Source: Cytophagia bacterium (GTDB lineage Bacteria > Bacteroidota > Bacteroidia > UBA7662). From it: a DNA stretch of 64,000 bases. The translations under genes and the position numbers were made by a program. The stretch covers positions 3,261-67,260 of the forward strand of contig RFOZ01000001.1 of NCBI GenBank assembly GCA_009926405.1. Direction: 5' to 3'. Below, in pieces: positions 1 through 9,760 of the stretch. The notes under the pieces are model-generated. The model was not told where the DNA came from. It saw nothing but the letters and a program-made list of their open reading frames with translations, and did not search any database. The first letter of the stretch is position 1. Each line of letters opens with the position of its first letter.

Positions 1-1
1 A

Positions 2-1213
2 TTGCAGGGACACCCATCCCGTCATTTGAACCTGATTGGTGTTACAGGAACCAATGGAAAAACCAGCGTGGTAACCCTTCTTTACCAGGTTTTTAGCAAA
101 ATGGGATTCAACTGCGGGTTGATTTCCACCGTAGAATGCCGGGTGGGGGACCGCATGCTTCCCTCGACTCATACCACCCCGGATGCTCTTCGTTTAAATG
201 AATTGTTACGGGAAATGCTGGAGGCTGGATGTGTTTATGTTTTTATGGAGGTCAGTTCCCATGCCATGGCTCAGCATAGGGTCAGTGGCTTACGGTTTCG
301 GGGGGGTGTTTTCACCAATCTGACCCGCGACCACTTGGATTACCACGGGACCATGGAAAATTATTTTTTGGCCAAGCGTTCCTTTTTTGATGGTCTGGAT
401 AACACGGCCTTTGCCTTGTACAATGCTGATGATGCGTATGGTCAGGCCATGGTTTCCTGCAGCACTGCGATGCGGGTAGCCTATACGTTGACGGGTGCAA
501 ACGAAAGTCCTTCAGGACAACAAGTCTATGAAGGTTCAAACCTGGTCTTGGAACCGGGCTGTTTGCGCATGGATACTACCGAAACCTCCTTAAAGGCAAA
601 TTTAACCGGGCGTTTTAATGCCTACAATGCCCTCGCCGTGTACGCGGTTGCCCGCTTGCTTTCGGCCCAACCCCAAGAAATTGCCAATGCATTGGCGCAA
701 GCGGAGCCTCCCCAAGGTCGGATGTGGAACATGCAGGGACCTGAAGGACGATGGGGGGTGGTGGATTATGCTCATACCCCCGATGCCTTGCAACAAGTTT
801 TGTCCACCCTCTATGACCTTCAAAAAGGCAAAGGTCGACTCTTGGTGGTCTTTGGTTGTGGCGGTGACCGCGATCAAGGCAAACGACCCCTTATGGCCGA
901 GGTGGCTTATGCCAATTCTGATGTTATGGTGATGACATCCGATAATCCTCGCAGCGAAGATCCCTTGCTTATTTTGGAACACATGCGTCAGGGACTGCCT
1001 GCGCATGCCTCGACCGATCGGGTCTATTGCGAGGCGGACCGAGATTTGGCAATTCAAAAAGCGGTTCAATTGAGCTGTCCGGGGGATTTGATTTTGGTGG
1101 CAGGTAAAGGGCACGAATTGTATCAAGAAATTCAGGGTCAACGACTTCCTTTTAGTGATCGCGAGCAGTTGACTCTTCATATGAATGCATTGAAACCCAC
1201 CTCTAAATTCTGA
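2..1213 (+). CDS. murE: UDP-N-acetylmuramoyl-L-alanyl-D-glutamate--2,6-diaminopimelate ligase (5' end truncated by window edge)
   Basis: GVTGTNGKTS P-loop, MEVSSH, FTNLTRDHLDYH, DYAHTPDAL, FGCGGDRD, DNPR (meso-DAP specificity), AGKGHE; first gene of the dcw run. Confidence 0.97.
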   Translation: MQGHPSRHLNLIGVTGTNGKTSVVTLLYQVFSKMGFNCGLISTVECRVGDRMLPSTHTTPDALRLNELLREMLEAGCVYVFMEVSSHAMAQHRVSGLRFRGGVFTNLTRDHLDYHGTMENYFLAKRSFFDGLDNTAFALYNADDAYGQAMVSCSTAMRVAYTLTGANESPSGQQVYEGSNLVLEPGCLRMDTTETSLKANLTGRFNAYNALAVYAVARLLSAQPQEIANALAQAEPPQGRMWNMQGPEGRWGVVDYAHTPDALQQVLSTLYDLQKGKGRLLVVFGCGGDRDQGKRPLMAEVAYANSDVMVMTSDNPRSEDPLLILEHMRQGLPAHASTDRVYCEADRDLAIQKAVQLSCPGDLILVAGKGHELYQEIQGQRLPFSDREQLTLHMNALKPTSKF

Positions 1214-1217
1214 TTCC

Positions 1218-2354
1218 GTGTTGTATTATCTTTTTGATTATTTGGACAGGGTTTGGGACTTGAGCGGTGCCGGGGCCTTTCGTTTTATCACTTTTCGAGC
1301 TTCGTTGGCCGCCGCCCTGTCTTTGTTAATCAGTTTATTTATTGGCAAACGGATCATCCGCTGGCTACAGTCCAAACAAATCGGTGAAAGCATCCGTGAA
1401 TCCGGGCCTGCTACCCATCTCTCCAAAAAAGGTACCCCTACCATGGGAGGGCTGATCTTACTGGTCGCCATTTTGATACCGACCCTCCTGGCAGCAAGGC
1501 CTGATAATATTTATGTTATTTTGATGTTGGTTGCAACCTTGTGGATGGGTGTGATTGGCGGGGTTGACGATTATATCAAAGTTTTTTTGAAAGACAAAAA
1601 AGGCCTGCGTTCCCGATCCAAGGTGATTGGTCAAATAGGTTTGGGGCTTTTGATTGCATCGGTTCTGTATTATCACCGGGATATTTCAACGATGGCCCTC
1701 AAAACCAACCTGCCTATTACCAAATACGGGTTGGATTATTCCAAATTAGGGTGGGATCCATCCTTGGTATGGGCCTTTTATTTTGCACTTATTGTATTTA
1801 TTGTTACTGCGGTTACCAATGCGGTCAATCTCACCGACGGAGTGGATGGTCTGGCCGCTGGGACGAGCGCAATTGTTGGAACGGGTTTGGGTATTCTGGC
1901 TTATATGTCGGGAAATATCAAATTGGCTTCGTACCTCAACCTCCTGTATGTACCGGGTTCCGGGGAGGTGGTTGTTTTTTTGGCGGCCTTGGTTGGAGCC
2001 TGTATCGGGTTTTTGTGGTACAATGCCTATCCTGCCCAGGTTTTTATGGGTGACACGGGGTCGATGGCCCTGGGCGGAGCCTTTGCTTCGGTCGCACTCA
2101 TTATCAAAATGGAATTAATGCTGCCGATTCTGTGCGGTATCTTTTTTGTTGAAAGCCTTTCGGTCATTATTCAAGTCACTTGGTTTCGTTATACCAAAAA
2201 GAGAACAGGAGTGGGTCAACGTGTTTTCCGTATGGCTCCGCTTCATCACCATTACGAATTGGGAGGCCTGGCAGAGCCTAAGTTGGTTACTCGTTTTTGG
2301 ATTGTTACGGTGCTCTTGGTTATCCTCACTTTCACAATGCTCAAACTGCGATGA
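1218..2354 (+). CDS. mraY: Phospho-N-acetylmuramoyl-pentapeptide transferase
   Basis: KKGTPTMGG, DDY, NAVNLTDGVDGL, FMGDTGS, MAPLHHHYE motifs; multi-pass membrane protein; GTG start. Confidence 0.97.
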   Translation: MLYYLFDYLDRVWDLSGAGAFRFITFRASLAAALSLLISLFIGKRIIRWLQSKQIGESIRESGPATHLSKKGTPTMGGLILLVAILIPTLLAARPDNIYVILMLVATLWMGVIGGVDDYIKVFLKDKKGLRSRSKVIGQIGLGLLIASVLYYHRDISTMALKTNLPITKYGLDYSKLGWDPSLVWAFYFALIVFIVTAVTNAVNLTDGVDGLAAGTSAIVGTGLGILAYMSGNIKLASYLNLLYVPGSGEVVVFLAALVGACIGFLWYNAYPAQVFMGDTGSMALGGAFASVALIIKMELMLPILCGIFFVESLSVIIQVTWFRYTKKRTGVGQRVFRMAPLHHHYELGGLAEPKLVTRFWIVTVLLVILTFTMLKLR

Positions 2355-3712
2355 ATAGGGAACGTTTGCTTGTTTTGGGAGCCGGTGAGAGCGGTTGTGG
2401 TGCCGCCCGACTGGGAAAGGTTTTGGGGATGGAAGTAGAGGTTTGGGATCAGGGAACCATCCGGGAGCAGCGAATCCAACAATTGGAAGCGTTGGAGATT
2501 CCGTACACCGCATCCTGTTCCAAGGAAATTGCTTTATGGAAACCGGATTTGGTTATCAAAAGCCCTGGAATTGCTCCGGAATTACCTTGGATTCAGGCGG
2601 CCTTGGACCAAGGGATTCCTGTTGTCGACGAAATTGAATTCGCTGCGGCTCATACCAAGGCAAAGTTGGTGGGGATTACCGGTACCAACGGCAAAACCAC
2701 CACCACCCATTTGACCCATCATGTTCTCAAAAGTGCCGGATTACGAGCCGGGATTGCGGGCAATATGGGTCGCAGTTTTGCAGGTGCTGTGGCCGAGGAT
2801 TTGATGGCCGATTCCAACCATGGACCGGAGATCTATGTCTTGGAGGTTAGCTCCTTTCAATTGGATGGTCTGCACAAGACCCGTTTTGACATTGGGGTTC
2901 TGACCAATATAACCCCTGATCATTTGGACCGCTACGGTTATCGTATGGAAAACTATGTGCAATCCAAATTCAGATTAGTCCGTAACATGGATCACCGAAG
3001 TGCCTTGGTTTGGTGCAGCGATGATGCCTACAGCCGCCAAGGCATGGATTGCCTGGTCCAAAAGCCTTTTCAAACCTATACCCTATCGTGGGATCGTCCT
3101 TCTTCCTTTGGAGGAGGGGCCTACACCCTTGACTCTCAACTATTCCTCGAAATGAACGATAAACGTATGTCCATGCCCCTGAACGAATTGGCCTTGGTTG
3201 GCCGCCACAATACGTACAACTCAATGGCGGCGGCCGTCGTCGCCCAATTGATGGAGGTACGCAAAGAAAGTATCCGCGAGAGTCTGACAAATTTTGATCA
3301 GTTGGAGCATCGGCTCGAAAAAGTGGGCCGCATCCGTGGGGTTGATTATATCAACGATTCCAAAGCCACCAACGTCTGGTATGCTTTGGAATCCATGGAC
3401 AAGCCGGTGCTCTGGATCGCGGGCGGTGTCGACAAGGGGAATGATTATACGGCCCTTTATGATTTGGTGGCCTCCAAAGTCAAAGTATTGATTTGCATGG
3501 GCAAAGACAACAGGGCCCTGCATGAAGCCTTTGCCGGCAAGGTTCCGGTCATCGTCAATGTATCCGGGATGCAGGAATGTGTTCAAAGGGCGTATCAACT
3601 AGCCCAAAAAGGGGACGCTGTTTTGTTATCACCCGCCTGCGCCAGTTTTGATTTCTTCGAGAACTACGAGGATCGTGGACGACAGTTTAAGTATTTTGTT
3701 AACCAGCTGTAA
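2351..3712 (+). CDS. murD: UDP-N-acetylmuramoyl-L-alanine--D-glutamate ligase
   Basis: LGAGESG, GITGTNGKTTT, LEVSSFQL, DHLDRY, NDSKATN, LLSPACASFD; start set at the ATG overlapping the mraY stop (ATGA). Confidence 0.96.
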   Translation: MNRERLLVLGAGESGCGAARLGKVLGMEVEVWDQGTIREQRIQQLEALEIPYTASCSKEIALWKPDLVIKSPGIAPELPWIQAALDQGIPVVDEIEFAAAHTKAKLVGITGTNGKTTTTHLTHHVLKSAGLRAGIAGNMGRSFAGAVAEDLMADSNHGPEIYVLEVSSFQLDGLHKTRFDIGVLTNITPDHLDRYGYRMENYVQSKFRLVRNMDHRSALVWCSDDAYSRQGMDCLVQKPFQTYTLSWDRPSSFGGGAYTLDSQLFLEMNDKRMSMPLNELALVGRHNTYNSMAAAVVAQLMEVRKESIRESLTNFDQLEHRLEKVGRIRGVDYINDSKATNVWYALESMDKPVLWIAGGVDKGNDYTALYDLVASKVKVLICMGKDNRALHEAFAGKVPVIVNVSGMQECVQRAYQLAQKGDAVLLSPACASFDFFENYEDRGRQFKYFVNQL

Positions 3713-3726
3713 GAATACGTAGCCCA

Positions 3727-4950
3727 ATGATGAACAGTTGGTCGGCATTGTTTAAGGGGGATCGGGTTCTCTGGATTCTCATTGGGCTCCTGATGGTGAG
3801 CTCTTTGCCTCTCATTTATTCATCCATTGGCCAATTAGCACTTCGTAACAACGATGGGAATATTGAGCGATTTTTGTTAGCCCATGGCTTCAAACTGATG
3901 TTAGGAGGTATCATTATGCTTTTTGTTCATCGTATACCTTACCTTTGGTTGGGACGGATTTCTGCTTGGGGCGTTTATATCGGATGTGCGATTCTTGCGG
4001 TAACCCTGGTGTATGGACAAACAATCAATTCGGCATCCAGGTCTTTGGTGATTCCCTTTACGAACATTAGTTTTCAGGGCTCGGATCCGGCTCGGTTTTT
4101 CTTGATTTTGTGGTTGGCTCGGGGCCTGGCTTTGTTACAGAAAGACGAAAAAATTCGGCGATTTAGGGATGGCTGGGCCCGATTGTTAGGCGGGATTATG
4201 GTTACGGCTGTTTTGATTGCCCCCGAAAATTTGTCGACTGCTCTCATGTTAATCGGTGTTGGGATGGGGATGATTTGGGTGGCCGGTGCCCGCATTGTTG
4301 ATTTATCCAAGGTTGTTGTTGGAGGCGTTCTGGTCGTGCTTTTTCTTGTTTCGGTGGCTTATTGGGCGGGATGGCCCCGGGCCCGGGTTTGGAAGAATCG
4401 TGTTGAGTCGTTTTGGAACCAAAGCCCTGGTCAGGAGGATTTTCAGGTAACACAAGCCAAAATAGCCGTATCGGACGGGGGGTTATGGGGTAAGGGACCC
4501 GGAAAAAGCATCCAACGGAATTTTTTGCCCCATGCTTATTCCGATTTTATTTATGCGATTGTGATTGAAGAGTATGGGATGGCCGGGGCCATCTGGGTTT
4601 TGGTCTTGTACCTGGGTTTGTTCTATCGTGTTCGAAAAATTGCGATGCGGGCCCGTTCGCCTTACGGGGCCTACATTGCATCGGGGATGGGCATGGCTTT
4701 AATGGCCCAAGCCGTGGTGAATATGCTGGTCTCGGTGAGCGCCATGCCAGTGACCGGACAGACCCTGCCGTTTATATCGCACGGTGGAAGTTCCATCCTC
4801 ATCAATGCCTTGGCCATGGGCGTGGTTCTAAGTGTTAGTCGGGACATGACCGGGGAAGGGGACTGGTCTGAATTGGATATTGAGAGCGAATCCAGCAATT
4901 CGATTGCGTCGGAAACAAATTCATCCAACGGGGAGGCCGCGTATGCCTAG
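3727..4950 (+). CDS. ftsW: SEDS peptidoglycan polymerase FtsW
   Basis: About 10 TM helices, GGLWGKGPG, LPHAYSDFI, PVTGQTLPFISHGGSS; dcw position. Confidence 0.95.
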   Translation: MMNSWSALFKGDRVLWILIGLLMVSSLPLIYSSIGQLALRNNDGNIERFLLAHGFKLMLGGIIMLFVHRIPYLWLGRISAWGVYIGCAILAVTLVYGQTINSASRSLVIPFTNISFQGSDPARFFLILWLARGLALLQKDEKIRRFRDGWARLLGGIMVTAVLIAPENLSTALMLIGVGMGMIWVAGARIVDLSKVVVGGVLVVLFLVSVAYWAGWPRARVWKNRVESFWNQSPGQEDFQVTQAKIAVSDGGLWGKGPGKSIQRNFLPHAYSDFIYAIVIEEYGMAGAIWVLVLYLGLFYRVRKIAMRARSPYGAYIASGMGMALMAQAVVNMLVSVSAMPVTGQTLPFISHGGSSILINALAMGVVLSVSRDMTGEGDWSELDIESESSNSIASETNSSNGEAAYA

Positions 4951-6076
4951 TTCATTGCAACATCAACCGGATTCGGTTTGGAAAATCATGGTGAGCGGCG
5001 GTGGAACCGGGGGGCATGTGTTTCCAGCGATCAGCATCGCCCAGGCCTGCAGGGATCTGAGTCCGAATTGTTCGGTTCACTTTGTCGGGGCTTTGGGTAA
5101 AATTGAAATGACGCAGGTACCGTTGGCTGGATTTCCAATTACGGGTTTTTGGATTAGGGGATTTCAGCGCAAAGCCTTTTGGAAAAACTGGGCCTTGCCT
5201 CTGCAGATTCTGGTTTCTGTGGTGCATGCCTGGGTCTTGTTACGAAAGTTTCGCCCCCATGCGGTGGTCGGCGTGGGTGGTTATGCCAGCGGTCCGCTTC
5301 TTTGGGTTGCTCAGCGTTTGGGTATCTCAACGGCTTTGCAGGAACAAAACGCCCTACCGGGAGCCACCAATCGTTTTCTCTCGGGCGGTGCACGCCGGGT
5401 TTATGTGGCTTTTGAAGGCATGGAAGCCTATTTTGGCTCGAACAAAACGGTGGTGACCGGCAACCCGGTTCGTCATGAATTGCAGATTCAGGGGCCTAGC
5501 CGCGAAGAGGCCTTGAAATTTTGGGGCTTGTCCGGCGAGCAAAAAACAGTCTTGGTTTTGGGGGGAAGTTTGGGGGCTAGGGCCTTGAACGAAGCGGTGG
5601 AAGCCTGCCTGCGTTCTGATGCCCTCGAAGTGGTCTGGCTCTGGCAATGCGGCCGTCATTACCAATTGCCGGAAGACCTAAAGGCAAAGCAAGGGCCGAA
5701 ATTGAGGGTTTTGCCTTTTGTACAAGAGATGACGATGGCCTATGCGGCGGCCGATTGGATTGTATCGAGGGCTGGTGCTGGAACCATGAGCGAATTGGCC
5801 TTGGTTGCCAAGCCTTGTTTACTCGTGCCTTCACCCTACGTCGCTGAAAATCATCAACATCACAATGCGATGAATTGGGTAAACCAATCCCTTGCGTGGA
5901 TTAGCAGCGATGCTTCGATTGCAAATGATTTACCACGGGTTCTAGGGGAATGGGGCAAGGATCCCAAAGCTGCGGAGGCCAAAGCTCTGGGTTTGCGAAA
6001 ATGGTCCCGTCCGGATGCAGCCCGACGAATTGCGATCGATTTGTTTGATTTAACCTACAAAAAAAACGCCGCATGA
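4943..6076 (+). CDS. murG: Undecaprenyldiphospho-muramoylpentapeptide beta-N-acetylglucosaminyltransferase
   Basis: GGGTGGHVFP, GGYAS, EQN, TGNPVR, GGSLGA, SRAGA; start set at ATG 4943 overlapping the ftsW end, GGGAGG upstream. Confidence 0.96.
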   Translation: MPSSLQHQPDSVWKIMVSGGGTGGHVFPAISIAQACRDLSPNCSVHFVGALGKIEMTQVPLAGFPITGFWIRGFQRKAFWKNWALPLQILVSVVHAWVLLRKFRPHAVVGVGGYASGPLLWVAQRLGISTALQEQNALPGATNRFLSGGARRVYVAFEGMEAYFGSNKTVVTGNPVRHELQIQGPSREEALKFWGLSGEQKTVLVLGGSLGARALNEAVEACLRSDALEVVWLWQCGRHYQLPEDLKAKQGPKLRVLPFVQEMTMAYAAADWIVSRAGAGTMSELALVAKPCLLVPSPYVAENHQHHNAMNWVNQSLAWISSDASIANDLPRVLGEWGKDPKAAEAKALGLRKWSRPDAARRIAIDLFDLTYKKNAA

Positions 6077-7539
6077 ATCCAATGGCCTATAAGCGTTATT
6101 TTTTGATTGGTATCGGGGGTATCGGAATGAGTGCGCTTGCCCGTTACCTTTTGTTATCAGGCAAAGAGGTAGCCGGGTATGACCGCATAAGCAGTGATTT
6201 AACCCGCGCTTTGCAGGCTTCCGGGGCCTTGGTTTTGGAGCATTTGAACACCGAACAATGTCCTCCCCCCTTTGACGAGCATCCCGAACATTGCTTGGTG
6301 ATTTACACTCCGGCGGTCCCCTTTGATCAGCCTTGGTTGACTTATTTTCGAAACGGCAACTATACCATCATCAAGAGGGCCCGCATGTTGGGGTTGCTGA
6401 CCGCTCGTCGTCCCACGGTGGCCGTGGCCGGAACCCACGGCAAGACAACCACAACGTCTTTGATAGCCCATTTGCTGCGTTGCGGTGGATTGGATGTAAC
6501 AGCCTTTTTGGGTGGATTGGGTGTTGATGCCTCCTCAAACCTAATGATGGGCAGTGAGCACGCAATGATGGTGGTTGAAGCGGATGAATACGATCGTTCT
6601 TTTCATGAATTGCAGCCTGAATGGGCCGTGGTAACGAGTACGGATCCTGATCACCTGGATGTGTACGGGGATGCCGGTGCTGTCCTGCGCTCCTACCGAC
6701 AATTTGCTCAATCGGCTGCTCGCTTGTTGGTGTCCCGTGCGGGTTTGGATCTCCAACCCATGGAGGGGGTCCGGCATTTGACCTACGGAAGCAGCGAAGG
6801 GATTTATGCAGATCAGGTAGCGGTTTCGGAGGGTTACCTCTGGTTTGATTACCATGGGAAAACTGTAATTAAGGATATCCCTAGCATGTTACCCGGTCAA
6901 CATAACATCGAAAACGCGTTGGCTGCTATCACCATTGCCTTGGAATGCGGGGTGGCGCCGGAGAGTATTGCACCGGCTATGGCCGATTTTAAGGGAATCA
7001 AGCGACGCTTTGAGTACGTGGCCCGAGGCAAACGCCGCTGGCTGGTGGATGATTACGCTCATCACCCCCGGGAAATTGATGCTTTGATCCGTGGCCTGCG
7101 CCTCATGCACCCCAACAGTCGTGTTTTGGGCATCTTCCAACCGCACCTTTACAGCAGGACCCGTGACTTTGCGCCTGAATTTGCGCGTTCCCTATCCGCT
7201 TTGGACGAGTGTTGGTTGCTGCCGATTTACCCGGCCCGCGAAAAACCGATGGAAGGCGTCGATAGTGGGTTGATTGCCAAGGATATGACCTGTGTTCATC
7301 GCTGTTTGCCGGTGAGCGAAGGGTCCAGCCCTGCATGGATACAGGATGTGTTGGAGCATCCCTCCGATTTGGTGGTCACCATCGGAGCCGGTGATATCGA
7401 TCAATATTTGGATGCAATCGCGGTTCGTATTCTGGCCGAAGAATCGGCTTCACCCCGTATGGCAAAGCCTTCCGGCCCCTATTCTTCGGAGGGGTCAACC
7501 AATTCAAACCCCAGCGACAACCGTGATCTCTTCGCTTAG
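6073..7539 (+). CDS. murC: UDP-N-acetylmuramate--L-alanine ligase
   Basis: GIGGIGMSALA, AGTHGKTTT, EADEYDRSF, DDYAHHP, FQPHLYSRT, GAGDI; low-complexity C-terminal tail. Confidence 0.96.
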   Translation: MNPMAYKRYFLIGIGGIGMSALARYLLLSGKEVAGYDRISSDLTRALQASGALVLEHLNTEQCPPPFDEHPEHCLVIYTPAVPFDQPWLTYFRNGNYTIIKRARMLGLLTARRPTVAVAGTHGKTTTTSLIAHLLRCGGLDVTAFLGGLGVDASSNLMMGSEHAMMVVEADEYDRSFHELQPEWAVVTSTDPDHLDVYGDAGAVLRSYRQFAQSAARLLVSRAGLDLQPMEGVRHLTYGSSEGIYADQVAVSEGYLWFDYHGKTVIKDIPSMLPGQHNIENALAAITIALECGVAPESIAPAMADFKGIKRRFEYVARGKRRWLVDDYAHHPREIDALIRGLRLMHPNSRVLGIFQPHLYSRTRDFAPEFARSLSALDECWLLPIYPAREKPMEGVDSGLIAKDMTCVHRCLPVSEGSSPAWIQDVLEHPSDLVVTIGAGDIDQYLDAIAVRILAEESASPRMAKPSGPYSSEGSTNSNPSDNRDLFA

Positions 7540-8299
7540 TCAAAAAATTCGCTCCCTTGATTGGGCGACTGTTCGCCTTGCCATGCTACGCATCCTGGGG
7601 TTGGGCTTGGTAACCGTGATTTGGGTGGGTGCACAGAACGAACTCAAGGCGACCAAAATCAAAAAAGTGGAGGTGGTCTACCGGGATCAGCATGGAATGC
7701 ACCTGTTGAGTGAAGGGGAAATATCCCGCGTTGTCTCTTTGAAGGCAAACCGGTCTCCTCGGGGAATGATGGTCCATGAAAAGACCTTAAGATCCCTGCC
7801 TTCGCTGGTCCGTGCCGATCTTAGCCTGGGCTTGGACCGTGTTCTTTGGGTGGAGGTGGAATTCAGTCGTCCGGTCTTGAGAGTGATGCCCGTTGGAAGG
7901 CCCGGCTATTACTTGGATAATCGCGGTCTGGGCGTGCCTTTGAGCCCCGGGTTTGCCTGGCCACTTCCCCTTATCCTGGGCAATGTACCCGGTCATTGGT
8001 CCCAAGCCAAACTGCCTATGCATACGGGACTGGCCTTGGCCCTCAGGACCCACCAAGTCCTGGTGTCAGATTCCATCTTGGGAAAGGAAGTGACCCAATA
8101 CGTGCTATCCGGCAGGGACTCGGCCTCGTTGGAGTTACAGACCCGCTCCGGCCAACGAATCTGGGTAGGCACCTCCATGGATTTGACAGCCAAGCTGCGC
8201 AAGCTTTCGGTTTTTTACCGTTGGGCGCCGGCAGACTCTCTTCCGACCCGTTTTCATAACATCAATCTCATTTTTAAAGATCAAATTGTATGTCGCTAA
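7523..8299 (+). CDS. ftsQ: Cell division protein FtsQ/DivIB-like (start uncertain: GTG 7523 or ATG 7583)
   Basis: Between murC and ftsA; single N-terminal TM helix; C-terminal INLIFKDQIVC resembles Bacteroidota FtsQ. Confidence 0.8.
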   Translation: MISSLSQKIRSLDWATVRLAMLRILGLGLVTVIWVGAQNELKATKIKKVEVVYRDQHGMHLLSEGEISRVVSLKANRSPRGMMVHEKTLRSLPSLVRADLSLGLDRVLWVEVEFSRPVLRVMPVGRPGYYLDNRGLGVPLSPGFAWPLPLILGNVPGHWSQAKLPMHTGLALALRTHQVLVSDSILGKEVTQYVLSGRDSASLELQTRSGQRIWVGTSMDLTAKLRKLSVFYRWAPADSLPTRFHNINLIFKDQIVCR

Positions 8300-9687
8300 A
8301 TTTCTCAAGTTTCAGAAACGCAGTATCTCCCCGCAAGGCACCGGAGCCGGTGCCGGTGCCGGAGCCTGAAATCGTTGTCGGTCTGGATATCGGTACGACC
8401 AAAATCTGCGCGGTGGTCGGACGGCGCAACGAACACAACAAGGTAGACATCTTGGGTATGGGCTCGGCTGTTTCTCAAGGGGTCAACCGGGGGACGGTGG
8501 CCAATATTGAGCTGACAGTTCAATCCATTAAACAAGCCGTAGCAGAGGCCTCGGCTCGCTCAGGTGTCGATATACGGGTTGTCAACGTCGGAATCGCTGG
8601 TCAACACATCCGCAGTCATCAACAGCGCAACATGATGACTCGCCAAAACCGTGAAACCGAAATTTCAAAGGCTGATGTGAATCGTTTGTTGGAGGAGATG
8701 TACCGAGTGCCTCAGCAAGCGGGGTATGAAATCATTCATGTTTTGCCCCAAGATTATACGGTCGATGGCGAAAAAGATATTACCAACCCAGTCGGCATGA
8801 GTGGTATTACCCTGGAGGGTATGTTCCACATGATTACCGGTTCGGTGGGAGCCATCATGAATATCAAACGCTGCGTCGAACTTTCCGGTCTGCTCATCAA
8901 TGGTTTGACTCTTGAGCCGCTGGCTTCGGCCGAAGCGGTTTTGAGCAAGGACGAGAAGGATGCCGGAGTTGTTTTGGTTGATATAGGGGGCGGCACCACC
9001 GATATCGCCATCTTTCATCAGAACATCATTCGTCATACGGCGGTTATCCCATTGGGCGGAAATATCATAACCCAAGACATACGGGAAGGTTGCTCTGTTT
9101 TGTTTGATCAAGCCGAAGCCCTGAAGGTTCGTTTCGGTTCGGCCTTGGCCCATGAAAGCATGGCCAACGAAGTAGTTTCGATTCCCGGTATTCGTGGCAG
9201 GGATCCGAAAGAAATCAGTTTGCTGACCTTGGCCAATATCATCAATGCCCGGGTCAAGGAAATTATTCAGCATGTACAATATGAAATTCGTAGTTCCGGT
9301 TATGAAAAGCGACTGAGCGCAGGCATCGTTCTAACAGGAGGGGGAGCCCGTTTGAAGAACATCAAACATTTGTTTTCGCTTATGACGGGTATGGAGGCCT
9401 GCGTTGGGGATTCCAACGGGCACCTGAGCCAGGCTCCGGATCTAATCAAATCCCCGGTTTATGCAACCGTTTGCGGTCTGGTTTTGACCTCGTTGGCCAA
9501 ATTGGAAAATGAAGGTGCCTCATCCAATGGACAAGGCAACCAACGATCCGGGGGTTCTGGTGAATCGGGCGGTGATAGCGGACCATCTCCGGTTCGGGAG
9601 GGTTTGTTGGAACGATTGCTTACGGTCCTGCCGGGATTCTTCATGGATCCGGAATTGGGCTCCAAAAACAGTCCGCATCGTGGATAA
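8290..9687 (+). CDS. ftsA: Cell division protein FtsA
   Basis: VGLDIGTTKI, DIGGGTTD, GIVLTGGGA actin-like ATPase motifs. Confidence 0.97.
   Translation: MSLNFSSFRNAVSPRKAPEPVPVPEPEIVVGLDIGTTKICAVVGRRNEHNKVDILGMGSAVSQGVNRGTVANIELTVQSIKQAVAEASARSGVDIRVVNVGIAGQHIRSHQQRNMMTRQNRETEISKADVNRLLEEMYRVPQQAGYEIIHVLPQDYTVDGEKDITNPVGMSGITLEGMFHMITGSVGAIMNIKRCVELSGLLINGLTLEPLASAEAVLSKDEKDAGVVLVDIGGGTTDIAIFHQNIIRHTAVIPLGGNIITQDIREGCSVLFDQAEALKVRFGSALAHESMANEVVSIPGIRGRDPKEISLLTLANIINARVKEIIQHVQYEIRSSGYEKRLSAGIVLTGGGARLKNIKHLFSLMTGMEACVGDSNGHLSQAPDLIKSPVYATVCGLVLTSLAKLENEGASSNGQGNQRSGGSGESGGDSGPSPVREGLLERLLTVLPGFFMDPELGSKNSPHRG
8341..8367 (+). repeat. Imperfect 6-bp tandem repeat (CCGGWG) encoding PEPVPVPEP in the FtsA N-terminal extension
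   Basis: ccggag ccggtg ccggtg ccggag cct read directly. Confidence 0.7.
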
Positions 9688-9760
9688 TTTTTAATTCAAC
9701 ATTCTGTCATTTAACAAAAAACGATAAATAATTTTATAACCACTTAATACTTTATTTTTT

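Noticed and set aside
9688..9760. AT-rich ftsA-ftsZ spacer as an ncRNA or foreign DNA
   Set aside because: Only 73 bp with no stable structure; consistent with an unstructured translation-initiation region.
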